A stretch of DNA of 64,000 bases, from positions 34,834,242 to 34,898,241 of the forward strand of contig JARDVH010000106.1 of NCBI GenBank assembly GCA_030324005.1. Reading direction: 5' to 3'. The notes under the pieces were generated by a model that ran no database searches, was not told where the DNA came from, and saw only the letters and a list, made by a program, of their open reading frames with translations. How positions within the stretch are numbered: the first letter of the stretch is position 1; each line of letters starts with the position of its first letter. Made by a program: the position numbers and the translations under genes. Below are positions 49,438-62,905 of this stretch, one piece after another. Source of the DNA: Negaprion brevirostris. Lineage: Eukaryota.

Positions 49438-51730
49438 CTGAGGAGGGAGAAAGTGAGCAGTTAGCATTTTATTGATGAAACACTATTGTTGACAAAAGCT
49501 GATGCATGAGATTTAATCCCTTTGATTGTGAGTTGTTACTTCTGCATTCAACTTACTGACCATCAGAAACCATCTTCAATCTTTAGTCATTTTGCATCTG
49601 TGTCCTTAGTTCAACAATAATACATTACTGCACAAACTATTTACAACAACCCTAGAAGGAATTATTTGTTGATGTGCTGGGAGTCTTGAGAGTCCTGAAG
49701 TCCGAAATTCCCCACATGCTGTGGGATTTTTAACTTTGCTTTTGGCCCCTTTTTGTTCAGTCATAGAATCCCTACAGTGCAGAAGAGGCCATTTGGCCCA
49801 TCAAGTTTGCATCAACTCTGACAGAGCATCTTACCCAGCCACCTCTCCCACCCTATCCCTGTAATCCCACACATTTACCCTGGCAAATCTCCATTGCCGA
49901 CACATCCCTGGATGCGAAGGGGCAATTTAACATAGCCAAACTACTGAACCTGCACATCTTTCTGAGGAAACCATTACACCCAAAGAAAACCCAGGCTGAC
50001 AGAGAATGTGCAAACTCCACACAGTCAGACAGCCAAGTCCAGAATTGAACCCGGGTCCCTGGTACAGTGAGGGAGCGGGGCCATGCCGTCCATGTCAACC
50101 AATCACTGAGACTGTGGCAAGTGGGGCAGAAGATCTTTCAATCCTATGGGGGGAGGGATTGAAGGGTGGTGGTCAATCCAGAGAGAGGCTGATCCTGCAG
50201 GGGGTTCTGATCCCAAATGCACCGACTCAATCCTCTTAAAAAGTTTTGGTAAGATGTTCACCTCAGACTCTCTTGCTCAATAGACTGATAATGCTAGCCA
50301 GCCACAACTTAATCAATCATTAGTTTTTAAAACCATAGCAGAGAAACTAAAAGGTAATATCATTCATCTCAGAATAAAACATTTTGTAGCTTACCTCAAA
50401 TATTTTAAGCCAACCAAAATCAACATTCATTTATACAGCAACTTTAATTACTAAAACATCCTACGGTTCAGAGAAGGTTTACTGCATTAATACCAGTAAT
50501 AGGTGGCTTGTTGAGGAAGGGTCAGAGAGATTAGATTTTTATCCACTAGAGTTTACAAATATTAGAGGCAACGTGATCAAAACCTTTAAGATCCTGAGGG
50601 ATATTGGATAGGGAGAGGATGTGCCCTCTTGTTGGAGAACCTGGAGGTCACTCATGTAAGACAGAAATGAAGAGATCTCCTTTTCGTCAGAGGATCATGA
50701 GTCTCTGGAACTCTCTTCCTCAAAAGGCAGTGGAAACAGAGTTTGAGTACCTTTAAGGCAGAAATGGATAGATTCTTGGTCAGCAAGGGGATGAAAGGTT
50801 TTCAGGGGTATGCAGGAATGTGGAGTTGAAGTTACAATTAGATTGGCAATGAACTTATTGAATGGCATAGCAGGCTCATGGAGTCGAGTGTCCTACTCCA
50901 GCTCCTAATTCGTATGTTCATATGCTTCACAGCAACATTATCCAACAAAATTTAACACCAAGCTATATTAGGACAGATGATCGAAAGCTTGATCAAAGAG
51001 GTAAGTTTTAACCTTAAAGGAGAAATGAGAGGAACAGAATTTACAGGAGGAATTTTAGAACTCCCAGCCTTGGCCATAGGTGCAGTCACCAGTGCTAAAA
51101 AGTGAATAAAATCGGGGTTGCTCAAGAAGCCAGAACTGAAGTAGTGCTGATATTTCAGAGGCACGAGAATAGTAAATTGAGACTTAATAGAAACCAATAT
51201 AGATCAGCAGGCACACAAGTGATGGGTGAACAGGATTTGATGTACATAGAGTAAACACATTCGTGCATTTTTGTATGTACCTCAGTAATTTCAGTAATTG
51301 TTTCATCAATGAGATGAAGGAAACTATATGAAGATTAAAAGGCAGATTGGCGTAGACACAACTCCGTAACGGAATACTAGCAAAATGCAAAGATATTGGC
51401 CTAGAATCAAAGGCCACTAGAGATCCTTCGTGCTCAATCCTGACGCAGGCATGACTAAAGATCTGAAGGAAGAATTTAGAACTTAGATTCATAAGTTAAG
51501 GAAGAAGCAGCAGCGACTAGGCTGCTTCATAGCTGTGTTCGTCTTACAATGTGTTTTTAATCAGCAATTGTATTAAATGTGCCCTTTCAATGGTGGGTCT
51601 AGAAGCCATTAGTTAGGTTTCTAAAATAAACTACCATCCTCTATTTCTCTCTAAATCCACTTTGCTAAAACAAAGTGATATAAATGGTATTATAAATCAT
51701 CTGCTTTGTAAGCCAAGTCACATTAGTTAC

Positions 51731-51925
51731 CTGTAAATGGTAGGATGTGATGACTGGTTTATTTCCAGGGCACCAGTAGTCTTCTTTCAGCTTTCTTATA
51801 ACCTGTAAGCACCTTAGACGGCAGCCTTCATCTTCATCCATATCCTCTAATAGCTCCCTCTCCGCACGTGTGAATGAGAGCTGCCAGTGGTAATTCGATC
51901 TGGCTAATAAATTATATCCAAAAGA
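51731..51925 (-). CDS. MAB21L3: MAB21L3 penultimate coding exon
   Basis: Acceptor tttctatcttggcag and donor CAG|gtaact; 195 nt, phase 0-0. Reads [65 protein letters not shown] and joins in frame to the terminal exon (HLQ|TLLFW). Confidence 0.93.
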
Positions 51926-53723
51926 CTGCCAAGATAGAAAGCATCGGGTATTAAATAACAGATTGCTAATAGATATACTAAACACATTCTACCATCCCAA
52001 TATGAGCGTTTTAACTTCTCTTTCCCGATGGATTTATTCCCAAGAACGGAAATCTGATATGCCATTTGAGTAAATGTACACCAGAGGAACAGTTAAGAGG
52101 TTTTGGGTTGAAATTTTGTTTCAGGGTCCTAAAAATCAAAGCCCGGGCTGAATTCCAGATCAAGAACCTGAATCGCCAGCAGTGGGATCCAGGAAATGAT
52201 TTTCAAGAAGTGGCCACCCATTCTAATCAATTAGGGACAGCGGTAGGGTTGCAAAGGCTGGACTGAAAGATCAGAAGACCCAATATCACAGGTGGAAGCA
52301 GGCAATCTTGAATTGGTGAAACAGATAGGGAGTTGCAAGTTGGAGGCACCATGTTGCAAACATTAAAAATACAAAAAGGCCATAGGTTCCAGGCTATCAT
52401 TGTCGAAGCACAGCCTGCTACAGAGTGGCCAATGCTAGCACCTGTGGCTATAGNNNNNNNNNNNNNNNNNNNNNNNNNNNNNNNNNNNNNNNNNNNNNNN
52501 NNNNNNNNNNNNNNNNNNNNNNNNNNNNNNNNNNNNNNNNNNNNNNNNNNNNNTTTTGATTTTATGATGCAAGGAAGTCATTGATGAAGCAGCTGAAGAT
52601 GGTTGGGCCTAGGGTATTATCCTGAGGAACTCCTACAAGGATGTCCTGGGAATGATATAATTAACCTCCAACCAACAGAACCATCTTCTTTTATGTCAAG
52701 TGTGATTCCAACCAGTGGAGAGTTTTCCCCCAATTCCAATTTTGCAAGGTGTCCTTGATGCCACACTCAGTTCAGTCAAATGTTAACTTGATGCCAGGGG
52801 CAGTCACTCTCACCTCACCTCTGGAGTTTAGTCTTTTGTCCATATTTCAACCAAGGCTGTAATGAGGTCAGGAGCTGAGTGACCTTAGTGGAATCCAAAC
52901 TGAGCATCAGTGAGTAAGTGGTGCTTGGTCACACAATTGATCCCTCCCTCCGTTACTTTACTGATGGTCAAGAATAGGCTGAGGGGACTGTAATTCTTTG
53001 GGTTGGATTTGTCCTGCTCTTTTTGTATGGGACCTACCTGGACAATTTTCCACATTGCCGGGTGGATGCAAGTGTTGTAGCTGCACTGGAACAGCTTGAC
53101 AAGGTGTGCAGCAAGTTCTGGAGCACAAGTCTTCAGTACTATTGCCAGAATATTGTCAGGGCCCATAGTCTTTGCAGTATCCAGTGTCTTCGGCTGTTTC
53201 TTGATATCACGTGGAGTGAACTGAAATGACTGAAGACCGGAACTGTGATGCTGGGGATTTCCAGAGAAGGCCAAGATGGATCATCCACTCGCCACTTCTG
53301 GCTGAAGATTTTTGTGAATGCTTCAGGCTTATTGTTTGCACAGATGGGCTCCTCAATCATTGACGATGGGGATATTTGTGGAGACTCCTCCTGCAGCCAG
53401 TTGTTTCATTATCCACCACCATTCACAGCTGGATGTGGTCGGACTGCAGAGCTTAGGTCAGATCCATTGGTTGAAGAATGGTTTAGTTTTGTCTATCGTT
53501 TGTTGCTTCTGCTATTTGGCACACAGTCCTGTGTTGTCGCTTTACCAGGTTAACACCTCATTTTTAGCTTTGCCTGGTGTTGCTCCTGGCATGTCCTCCT
53601 GCATTCTTCAATGAACGAGGTTTGATCCCTTGGCTTTACGATAGCAGTAGTGTAGTGATATGTCAGGCCATGAGGTTGACATATCCCTACTCTATGGTTG
53701 AGTATAATTCTGCATCTCACACG

Positions 53724-54055
53724 ATGCTGTACCTGCCCTGGGAGTATTTGAAAACTACTGGGGACACTGTAGAGGGAGTTTTACTTTCTATCTAAGCCCG
53801 TGCTATATCTTTCCTGGGACTGTTTCATGATACAGAGTAAAATTCCCTCTCTATTGTCCTATCAAACACTCCCGGGGCCGGTACAGTACAGTGTAGAAAA
53901 ACATTACTCTGCATCTAACCCCGTGCTGTACCTGTCCTTGGAGTGTTTGATGGGGACAGTGTAAAGGGAGGTTTACTCTGTATCTAACCCTGTGCTGCAC
54001 CAGTCCGGGGAGTGTTTGACGGGGACAGTGTGGAGGGAGCTTTACTCTGTATATC
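53724..54055. repeat. 69-bp unit tandem repeat with one inverted unit
   Basis: Unit TGCTGTACCTGTCCTTGGAGTGTTTGATGGGGACAGTGTAAAGGGAGGTTTACTCTGTATCTAACCCTG; reverse copy at about 53829-53890. Confidence 0.85.
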
Positions 54056-55839
54056 CACTCCCCTCCCGCCTCCGAGATATCTACACTCCTCTAATTTTGA
54101 ATAATTCTCCAACCTTGATTCTTTTTAATCACTCTGCCATTAGTGGTCAAGTCTGGGCCCTAAGCCCTGGCACTCCTTTACTGAACATCTCTGCCTCTCA
54201 ATCTGTTTTCCTTTAAAGATGCTCCATTTTGACCAAGGTTTTGACTACCTGCCTTCAGCGTTGCTATCTGTTTGGGTACCATCCTGTGAAGCCCATTGGG
54301 ATGTTTTACCACACTAACAGGCACTATACAAATGTAGACTGTCAATGAAGTCCAAATCTGCGTCAAAGATTTGTTTCTGTTTTTTGAGGGTGGTGGTTTA
54401 ACCAGGGGAATCATCCCCATTTGCTGGTTTAATACTGTACACGCACCACCACCACCTGACTTCACATCTCCAACAGAATCAGGAACCTAGCCATCTCCTG
54501 CTCAAAACCTTTTGAGAAATCACCCTTTCAGCCCTCCCACTCTCTCTTTTGGATTAAGGGTTGTTCCTTCCCATTTGAAAGTTGGCCATCTGGGGAGGAA
54601 ACCGCCTGTGATGGCTTACCCCCCACCACCTGCTTGTCCCTGTTCAAATAATGATTGTAATCATGGTAAAGCCCTGTGATTCAGAAAAAAATGATCATTG
54701 CTAGTTTTAAAGTTTATTTATTGGTTGAGTTTTAAAGTTTATTTATTGGTTGCAAGTAGGCTTACATGAACACCGCAATGAAGTCACTGTGAAAACCCCC
54801 TGGTCGCAAACTCTGGCACCTGTTTGGGTACACTGAGGGAGAATTTAGCATGGCTAATGCACCTAACCAGCACTGCTTTTGGACTGTGGGAGGAATCCAG
54901 AGGAAATAAACAGAGACACAGGAGAATATTCAGACTCCACACAGAGGCAAGGCTGGGAATTGAACTCAGGTCCCTGGTGCTGCGAGGCAGCAATGCTAAT
55001 CACTGTGCCACCATGCTGCCCAAAGGAGAAAGAATAGTCAAATAATAATGTGTTTAAAAAATACAGGTCCAAGCACCACTCACACGATGACTGCTTTACA
55101 AAAGATATAGGATAGCATTTTCCAGCTCCATCGCACTGGTGTTTTCCGGCAGTGGAGGTAGCTTGCCATTGATTGCTTGTGGGATCTTCCGGTCCCAACA
55201 ATGTGTATGCCATTTTGCATGGCTTGTCCATCCCACCACCGGGGAACCTGCTGCAGGAATTGCCTTTGGCGGTGGGACCAGATGATTTGACTGGTGGGGA
55301 GCATTGGAAAATCCCACCCATTATCTTCATAGGGATGTGCTTTGAAAGAGGAAATACTGGATTTTGTATTTTTGATTATGGGCTTGACTACTAATAGCTT
55401 TAATAGTCCCTTGCTCCTCTTCAGAAGCCACTTCCCCTGATATACAGCCTAGCCAGATTTCAGGTAAAATGGTCTTGCTCTCAGTTTTCGATTGCACTGC
55501 TACGTCATGGCCTGTGCATCAGACTCAAGATTAAGATTCCAGGGAATAAACTGAAAGAAAGAACAGATGTAACAAATGGAGGAATAGCAAGAGCTTTCGT
55601 TTTGGGAGTAGTTGCCAGAATGGGCATTTCTTTCTGATTTCCACTAAAACCTTTTTGCTTACTCTGGCTGCAAAGTCTGCCATAAATCAGCATAATAGAC
55701 TGTGTTTTAAAACACAATTTAAATAAAAGATGCAGTGAAAGATATTCCTTTATATATTCAAGTGTGATGTCTTACTGCAGTTCAGTGCATACAAATGAAA
55801 GTAGATTTATCCCAAAAAAAAGGATTTTTAAATAGACTG

Positions 55840-57058
55840 CACTCTTCCATTATCCTGACCAATCGAACCACCATAGACTCAATTCATATTCAGACTGGGG
55901 TCAGACAAGGCTATGTCATTGCACTGATGCCTTTCTCAACCCTCCTTGCTGCAATGTTCCATCTCACCCTCAGCAAGCTTCCTACAGGAGTACAGCTAAA
56001 CTATAGAACAAATGGGAATCTGTTCAACCGTCAGGCCAGACACAGGATTGTCCTATCTGCTGTCATTGAACTACAGTATGCAGATGGTGCTTGGGTCTAC
56101 GCATATCCAGAGGCCAAGCTCCAAGCCATCATCAATACTTTCACTGAGGCACACAAGAGCATGGACCTTGCACTAAACATCTGTATGTAAAGATCCTCTA
56201 CCAACCTTTCCCTACCAGACAGCAAAACCCCTCCCCCATGACGAGGCCTTGGACAACATGGGCCACTGTCCATACCTTGGGAGCCTACTGTCAACAAGGG
56301 CAGACATTGAAGGTTGTCTGGAATCTCGTCTATGTGCCAGCGCAGCTTTTGGTCACCTGAGGAAGGGTGTGTTTAAAATCCAGGACCCCAAACCCAGCAC
56401 CAAGNNNNNNNNNNATACCTGCCCTCCTGCATGGCTCAGAGATATGGACTACCAATGTCAATGTTCTTGCTCATCTCCAGCATTGAAGCACTGACCATGC
56501 TCAATCATCTCTGCTGGGTGGGCCACATTGCCCACATGCCTAACACAAGACTCCTGAAACAAGCACCCTGTTCAGAGCTTCAATTCAGCTAGCAGGGGCA
56601 AAGGGAGCACTGCAAGGACACCCTCAAAAGTGCCACATCCCCACCAACACCTGGGAGTCCCTGGCCCAGGATGCCCCAAAGTGGAGGAAAAGCTTCCAGG
56701 AAGGCGTCAAACATTGAGTTTCACTACTAGCTATGACTGTAACACTACATTTTGCACTCTCTCCTTTCCTTCTCTATAAATGGCATGCTTTGTCTGTATA
56801 GTGCACAAGGAACAATACTTCTCACTGTATACTAATGTATGTGAAAATAATAAATCAATTCAAAGCTGAAGCCAAGTGTCAACAGTGAAAGGAGTGTGTG
56901 GCAACCCCGGCATCCCTTCCATCTGTTCCGCCAAGCACTAACTGTCCCACCGCTGACAAGAGATTACACACGCACATTGGACTCCTCAGTCACCCGAAAA
57001 CTCATTTTTAGTGTGGAGGCAAGTCACTCTTGACTCCAAGGGACCGCCTAAGAAGAAT
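55840..57058 (+). mobile_element. RTE-clade LINE 3' half with a small foreign 3' tail nested at about 56725-56860
   Basis: IQTGVRQGYVIA, ELQYADGA, CPYLGSLLS, ASAAFGHLRK; ends in an aagaagaa tail. Confidence 0.88.
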
Positions 57059-58559
57059 TCTACCACTTATAAATTACCTGATTTTAAAATTACTTTTAAA
57101 TAAATACAGAAGCATTTCCACGTTATATTGGGTAGCGCAGTGAGATTATTTTTAGTTAATTTTAATACTTAATAGGCTATAAAATGTTTCGATTAGCTCN
57201 NNNNNNNNNNNNNNNNNNNNNNNNNNNNNNNNNNNNNNNNNNNNNNNNNNNNNNNNNNNNNNNNNNNNNNNNNNNNNNNNNNNNNNNNNNNNNNNNNNNT
57301 TTCGATTAGCACATCAGCATCCAAAAGAGTCTGTGTTACATTTGAAGCCTTTGCAATTCAATTCCCTGGCCTGAACACCTAAGAATTAATTTCTTCCTAC
57401 ACTGACTCTATTCTCTCTCCCTTCTTCCAATCTCTTGCCACATACATTTGCGATTCTTCTGATGTTCTACGTCATATCAACAATTTTCAGTTTTCTGGCC
57501 CTAACCACCTCTCCTATCCCTGACCTTCTATTTCATTGCACCCCCTCTTAAACAGTATAAAATCCATCACATTTCTTCCTCTCTGTATCTCTGAAGAGTC
57601 ATACAGACTCCAAATATTAATACAGTGTCTCCCTCCACAGATGCTACCAGACCTGTTGAGATTTTTCAGCATTTTTTGCTCTACAGAGATACAAAAGAAC
57701 AAAGAACAGTACAGCACAGAAACAGGCCCTTTGGCCTATCTAGAGCAACAGCTTATATCCCTGTATTCCTCATCTGTTCATGTATCTATCTAGGTAAGTC
57801 TTAAATGTCACTAACATATCTGCCTCAACCATCTCACTTGGCAGTGCATTCCAGGCCCTCCATGTGTAAACAGTTTTCCCTGTATATCTCCACTGAACCT
57901 TTTTCCCTGCTGAGCTTGAACTTGTGCCNNNNNNNNNNNNNNNNNNNNNNNNNNNNNNNNNNNNNNNNNNNNNNNNNNNNNNNNNNNNNNNNNNNNNNNN
58001 NNNNNNNNNNNNNNNNNNNNNNNNNNNNNNNNNNNNNNNNNNNNNNNNNNNNNNNNNNNNNNNNNNNNNNNNNNNNNNNNNNNNNNNNNNNNNNNNNNNN
58101 NNNNNNNNNNNNNNNNNNNNNNNNNNNNNNNNNNNNNNNNNNNNNTGTGGTCTAATCAATGTTTTGTACAACTGTAACATAATATGCCAACTTTTATACT
58201 CAATGCCCATCCGATGAAGGCAAGCATGCCACATGCTTTCTTCACCACCTTTTCCATTTGTGCTGCCATTTTTAAGGATCTGTGGATGGTACTCCCAAAT
58301 CTCTCTCTGTGTCTGTGCTCCTGATGGTTCTGCCAATTATTTTATAGCTTCCACCTGAATTGGATCTACCAAAATGCATCACCGCACATTTCAATTTCTC
58401 TTTTTTGTCTGTGCAGAAATTAATTTGGGTACATTGCGTGTTCATTTGAATATTGTGTATAAATGAATAGTAACAATAAAAACATAGAAAATGACCCCAG
58501 GTCTAACTTTAATTAAAAATACATTAAAAATCTATTCCAATGCATTAATCAGTCAGTGA

Positions 58560-59400
58560 GTCGCATCATGAGTACACATCCTCATCCCTTCATCCAATTC
58601 TTGTTAAAGGTCTTCTGAAGGAAGGCACAATAGAGTCCAAGTACTGAATTATCCTTCATCTGAGGGATGTAGTACAAGACAAGGAGTGATTCACATAGTT
58701 AATGACACTTTACTTTTGAATTCGTTGACTGATTTCATCAAAAAATTCTGCTTGCCTTTGCTGTCTAGTCCAATATCTCATTACTCCTAAAAATTCTACT
58801 TTCCCAACTCCACAGTACTAGAGAGATATCCAAGGAAACACTCTCAACTACGGATATACTGAATATCATGACTGAAAGATCTACTCAAAAAGGTTTTTAA
58901 TTTTCTGAGGTAGTATCATTGTGAATGTCCCTTGCCATTCCTTCCAATTCAATGTATCATCTGCTTTGATACCAACATACTTGCACTTATTTTTAGCGTC
59001 CAAGTGAATCATCACAGTCACAATATCATTGACTGGCTGAAGTCTGTAACTAGTTCTTTCATCTTGTTTTCGTTCGGTTTAAGGGAATTGTTAACAAACT
59101 ATTTTGCAAACTGAGTTCCTATAGATTACATCATTATTAATTACGAGGCCCACAAGTACCACCTCATCGCCAGCATACTTCAGGATTGCTATGTTGTTGT
59201 GCTCTGATCCGCAATCATTTGGGTAAAGGATGAAAAAGTGACAGTGCATAGCCCTGAGGAGATACAGTAATCATTAATATTGGCTGGGAGTAAATCCCAG
59301 AGACTAACACCCATTGGGTCCTGTTGTGAAGAAAAATCACTAATTCAAATTAAGTGAGCAGGATTGACATTAAGGTTATGGTGGTTGCTTGGTGTTAAAA
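58560..59400 (-). mobile_element. Old Rex1/Babar-like LINE RT fragment
   Basis: SPQGYALS, ILYPNDC...ILKYAGDEVVLVGLVINND, KMKELVTDFS, KYVGIKADDTLNW. Confidence 0.65.
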
Positions 59401-59435
59401 GTGGAAAAGAAAACAACAACGATAGCGTGAACATA

Positions 59436-60462
59436 GGGCCCAATTTTACCATTGAGGCGCACCCATTTTCAGGCACAAAAACGTAGTAAAGTCGGGTGTG
59501 AGGCCATTAATGCGATCTGCACCCACATCTGTGCAGATGGTCACTTTCCCGAGGCCCAGGAATGGCGGTGATTGGTGCCCAAAACAGGTGCAATGGTGAT
59601 TTAAATGCATTTGCATGCACTTAAATTGAATTAATGAACTGCCCGCCCAATTTTATTAGCATTTCCCCCCTTACCATTGCATTCGCCAATCTGGAATCGG
59701 GCTGAAATGGACATGCTAAATAAAAGCCTGTTTCGGGCACTCCAGCTGCGGAAGAGGTAAGTTCAACACCTCCAATGGCTCTCTGGCTCAAACCGAAGGT
59801 GGAGGAGTGGGGGAGGGAGATGGGTCAGATCATTCTCTGGTGGGGGTGTGGGAGGAGGGGAAGAGGAAGGCAGAGGTGGGTCAGATGTACCTTTGGGGGG
59901 GGGGGGTGNNNNNNNNNNNNNNNNNNNNNNNNNNNNNNNNNNNNNNNNNNNNNNNNNNNNNNNNNNNNNNNNNNNNNNNNNNNNNNNNNNNNNNNNNNNN
60001 NNNNNNNNGTCAGATGTACCTTTGGGGGGGGGGGTGAGGGGAAGTGGAGCTAGATCATTCTTTTGGCAGGGGCGGGTGTGAGGCTGCATTGTTCTCAGGA
60101 AGGCAGGGGGGAGATCGGGGAGTGGGGGGCGGGGGGGGGAAGTAAGGCCAAATAGTTTTCTGGGGGGGGACAGTGACGCCTACAGTGGCCATCACTCCTC
60201 CTTTTCACTCCCAGGCCGCAGAAAACGGTACCCGGGAGCGATCTAACACAGGCACACTTCTTCAATTTTTTTGTAACTGTGCATGTGCAGTTCAGAGCTC
60301 CGATCATTTCGGGTGTGTAAGCCCTGCCCACAGTGCGATTCAGACCCGCGACTTTTTTTTTCAGGCTGAGTGCCTATGGGGTTACCTGAAAACAGTTTTC
60401 CAAGTCAGATCTGAATTGCACCCAGATTCGGTACTGAGAATGAAAATGGTAAAATCAGGCCC
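59436..60462. mobile_element. PIF/Harbinger-like non-autonomous element
   Basis: TIR GGGCCCAATTTTACCATT / AATGGTAAAATCAGGCCC; 3-bp flanks ATA/AAA. Confidence 0.75.
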
Positions 60463-61229
60463 AAAGTTGCCAAATCTATCCATGTGGTGTTGGATCAAAT
60501 GGACCAAGTTGAGAACTGTGACAAGGCAGCACAGTAGCATAGTGGTTAGCACTGCTGCATCACTGCGCCAAGGACCCGGGTTCGATTCCTGGCTTGGGTC
60601 ACTAATTGTGTGGAGTCTGCACGTTCTCTTCCGGGTTTTCTCCCACAGTCCAAAGATGTGTGGGTTAGGTTGATTGGCCATGCTAAGTTACCCTAGCGAT
60701 GGGGAATTAGGAGAGTAAATGAGTGGAATTACGGGAATAGAGCTTGGTTGGGACTGTGGTCAGTATACATTTGATGGGCTGAATGGTCTCCTGTACTGTA
60801 GGGATTCTATGATTCTACAATGTTGTCCACTGACTTTGTGAGGTTGAGCAAAATGTGGAACAAGGGGATCTAAAGGATGCGCTTGAAACACTTCATGACT
60901 ACCAATGCAAGGGCAAATAGATAACAAAGTCTTATACATGATGACAATTAGTGGAAATGCCCAATAGTGATCAATTATCCTGAAGGCATGGCCAGTTTTG
61001 TGGAGCCAAGCTTCAAGGTCAACATTTTCCAAGCCAGCACAAATGATCACTGAAACTCTACAGCCGGGATTTTCTAACTACTTCGCCCCAAGGCTGGAAA
61101 ATCCCGCCCAAATCAACAGACCGTTGCATGATCTATGTCCCGCTTGCTATGATTCCCTTGACAGGTCGGATGGGAAAATTGGATCCTGTGTCTGCTGAGT
61201 GTACTTGGCACTTAAAATTCTGCAGACAG

Positions 61230-62905
61230 ACAGTGAAGGAAATGTGAGTAAGTGGCCAAGGAGCCCACTGTCAGGTATCTAGCCCTGAGGAGCTGGTTAT
61301 ATTACTGCAAGAAGTCCAATGATTTCACACAAATGGCCAAGGTCAGTGAATATATTTTCAAATGCTGTATCCTAATAACTGCATCACCAGCCATCATACA
61401 TTGCTCCATGCACCATATTCCCATCATTATCCAACAACAGTCTTTAGCAATTGGAACATATACCCAACATTCATGTGCTCCACCTCACCAAGATGCAAAC
61501 CTCATATCCATATCTCATAGCTGCCACATATTTCAATCACTCAACCGTAACAGTGATATCAACCTTACACACTGCAATACACCCACTGACAAAGAAGGGA
61601 ACATTAAAGGACTAGTGGGGTTTAGGCACGGCCAAATGTCTCCCCCTTGGAGGAGATGGTGCTCAGCATTATCGACAAAGCGTCTCAGGACTCTGTGGCT
61701 GTGTGACTGAGGCAGTGGAAATCTGCCGCTGAGAGTACTGTCTGACCTGAGAGTGTTCAGATACCTGCCACTGTGGCTCAGGCAGTGCCTTGGCATATAA
61801 ATGCAAAGCCAGACAAAGGCACCTCCAAGGCAAGTACTGAATAAGGATAAGTAATTTAATTTAGTATGTATTAATGAAAGTGTTGCCTGGATAAAGTTGT
61901 CAGGGATGATTAGCTTGCAGTATCTTTGATTTCAGGAATTTAGCCAAGATGACCAGTGATAGAAAGATGGAATGAGTGGAGCAAAAGTGATCAGGGCAAC
62001 TGGCCTTTGATGAAACACGAGACAGCCCAACTTTAGCAATGATCTTCCGGGTGCCTTGACCTTTCCGCCCAAGGTGGTCATTGGAAGCCTCGCCTTGCCC
62101 TCATGATTGACAATCATGCAGGATGCAGCAGGACTTCATAAATGATGAGACATGTGCCAGAGAGCACTGGAGACCAGGCTTCCTTCCAAGCACTGGAGCT
62201 GTTGATTCAGAGTGTCAATACTCACAGCATGGTTATCTTTGTAGGAATGCCGGCTGTGTGGTGGAGAGAACTCATTAATCACATGTAGGCTGATATATTG
62301 TGTGGTGCAGCTACTTGGTGGCTGGAAGATGGCAGGGACAGCTGACTGGTACATGATGGAAGTACCACGATTGCTGCCAGGATAGCAAGGATTTACCAAC
62401 ATGATAAACTGAGCAAGATCTCACACTGACTTCACATAGAGGAACCCTCTGTAGTCTGTAGTTATGAAACATCTCCCCATTCAGACAGAAGCCTCACTGC
62501 CATGGGTGTTTAGTTGCTGGTTCCTGACATCATTGGGAATTCCCTTATTCTGGAAAGCCAAGTGTCCATCCTTTTCTCTAGTTAGAAAGAACACAATGAA
62601 ATCCCCTCTCCTGGTTACAAGATCTCTGTCACCTAACTGCTCAACAATGCACAGCAAACAGAGATGTCAGGAATTTGCGGGCTCCAGCTCAAAAGAATCC
62701 ACTGGTACTGAAACCAAGGACCACCTATGGCTCCAGGTCCGCTTTGAGAAGGTGACATGAACACCTCTTGGCAAACTGTAGCCACCGCAAATGTTGCTTC
62801 TGCCTGGGATGGAGGGAGGGGAAGTGCTCTGTGAGACATACAAGGCCTCCTGTTGAGAGCCTGATTCCCCCTGCCTGTGTGAGCAACTTCTCTCTGCTCC
62901 CTCTC
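61230..62905. mobile_element. Degraded Harbinger autonomous remnant: Myb/SANT-like ORF (+) converging on a HARBI1-like transposase (-); a further transposase scrap at 34195-34340(+)
   Basis: (+) RSWLYYCKKSNDFTQMAKVS; (-) VNPCYPGSNRGTSIMYQSAVPAIF ... YKDNHAV ... QLQCLEGS. Confidence 0.65.

Noticed and set aside
55385-55560. Candidate upstream MAB21L3 exon
   Set aside because: Stops in all minus-strand frames and no MAB21L3-like motif.
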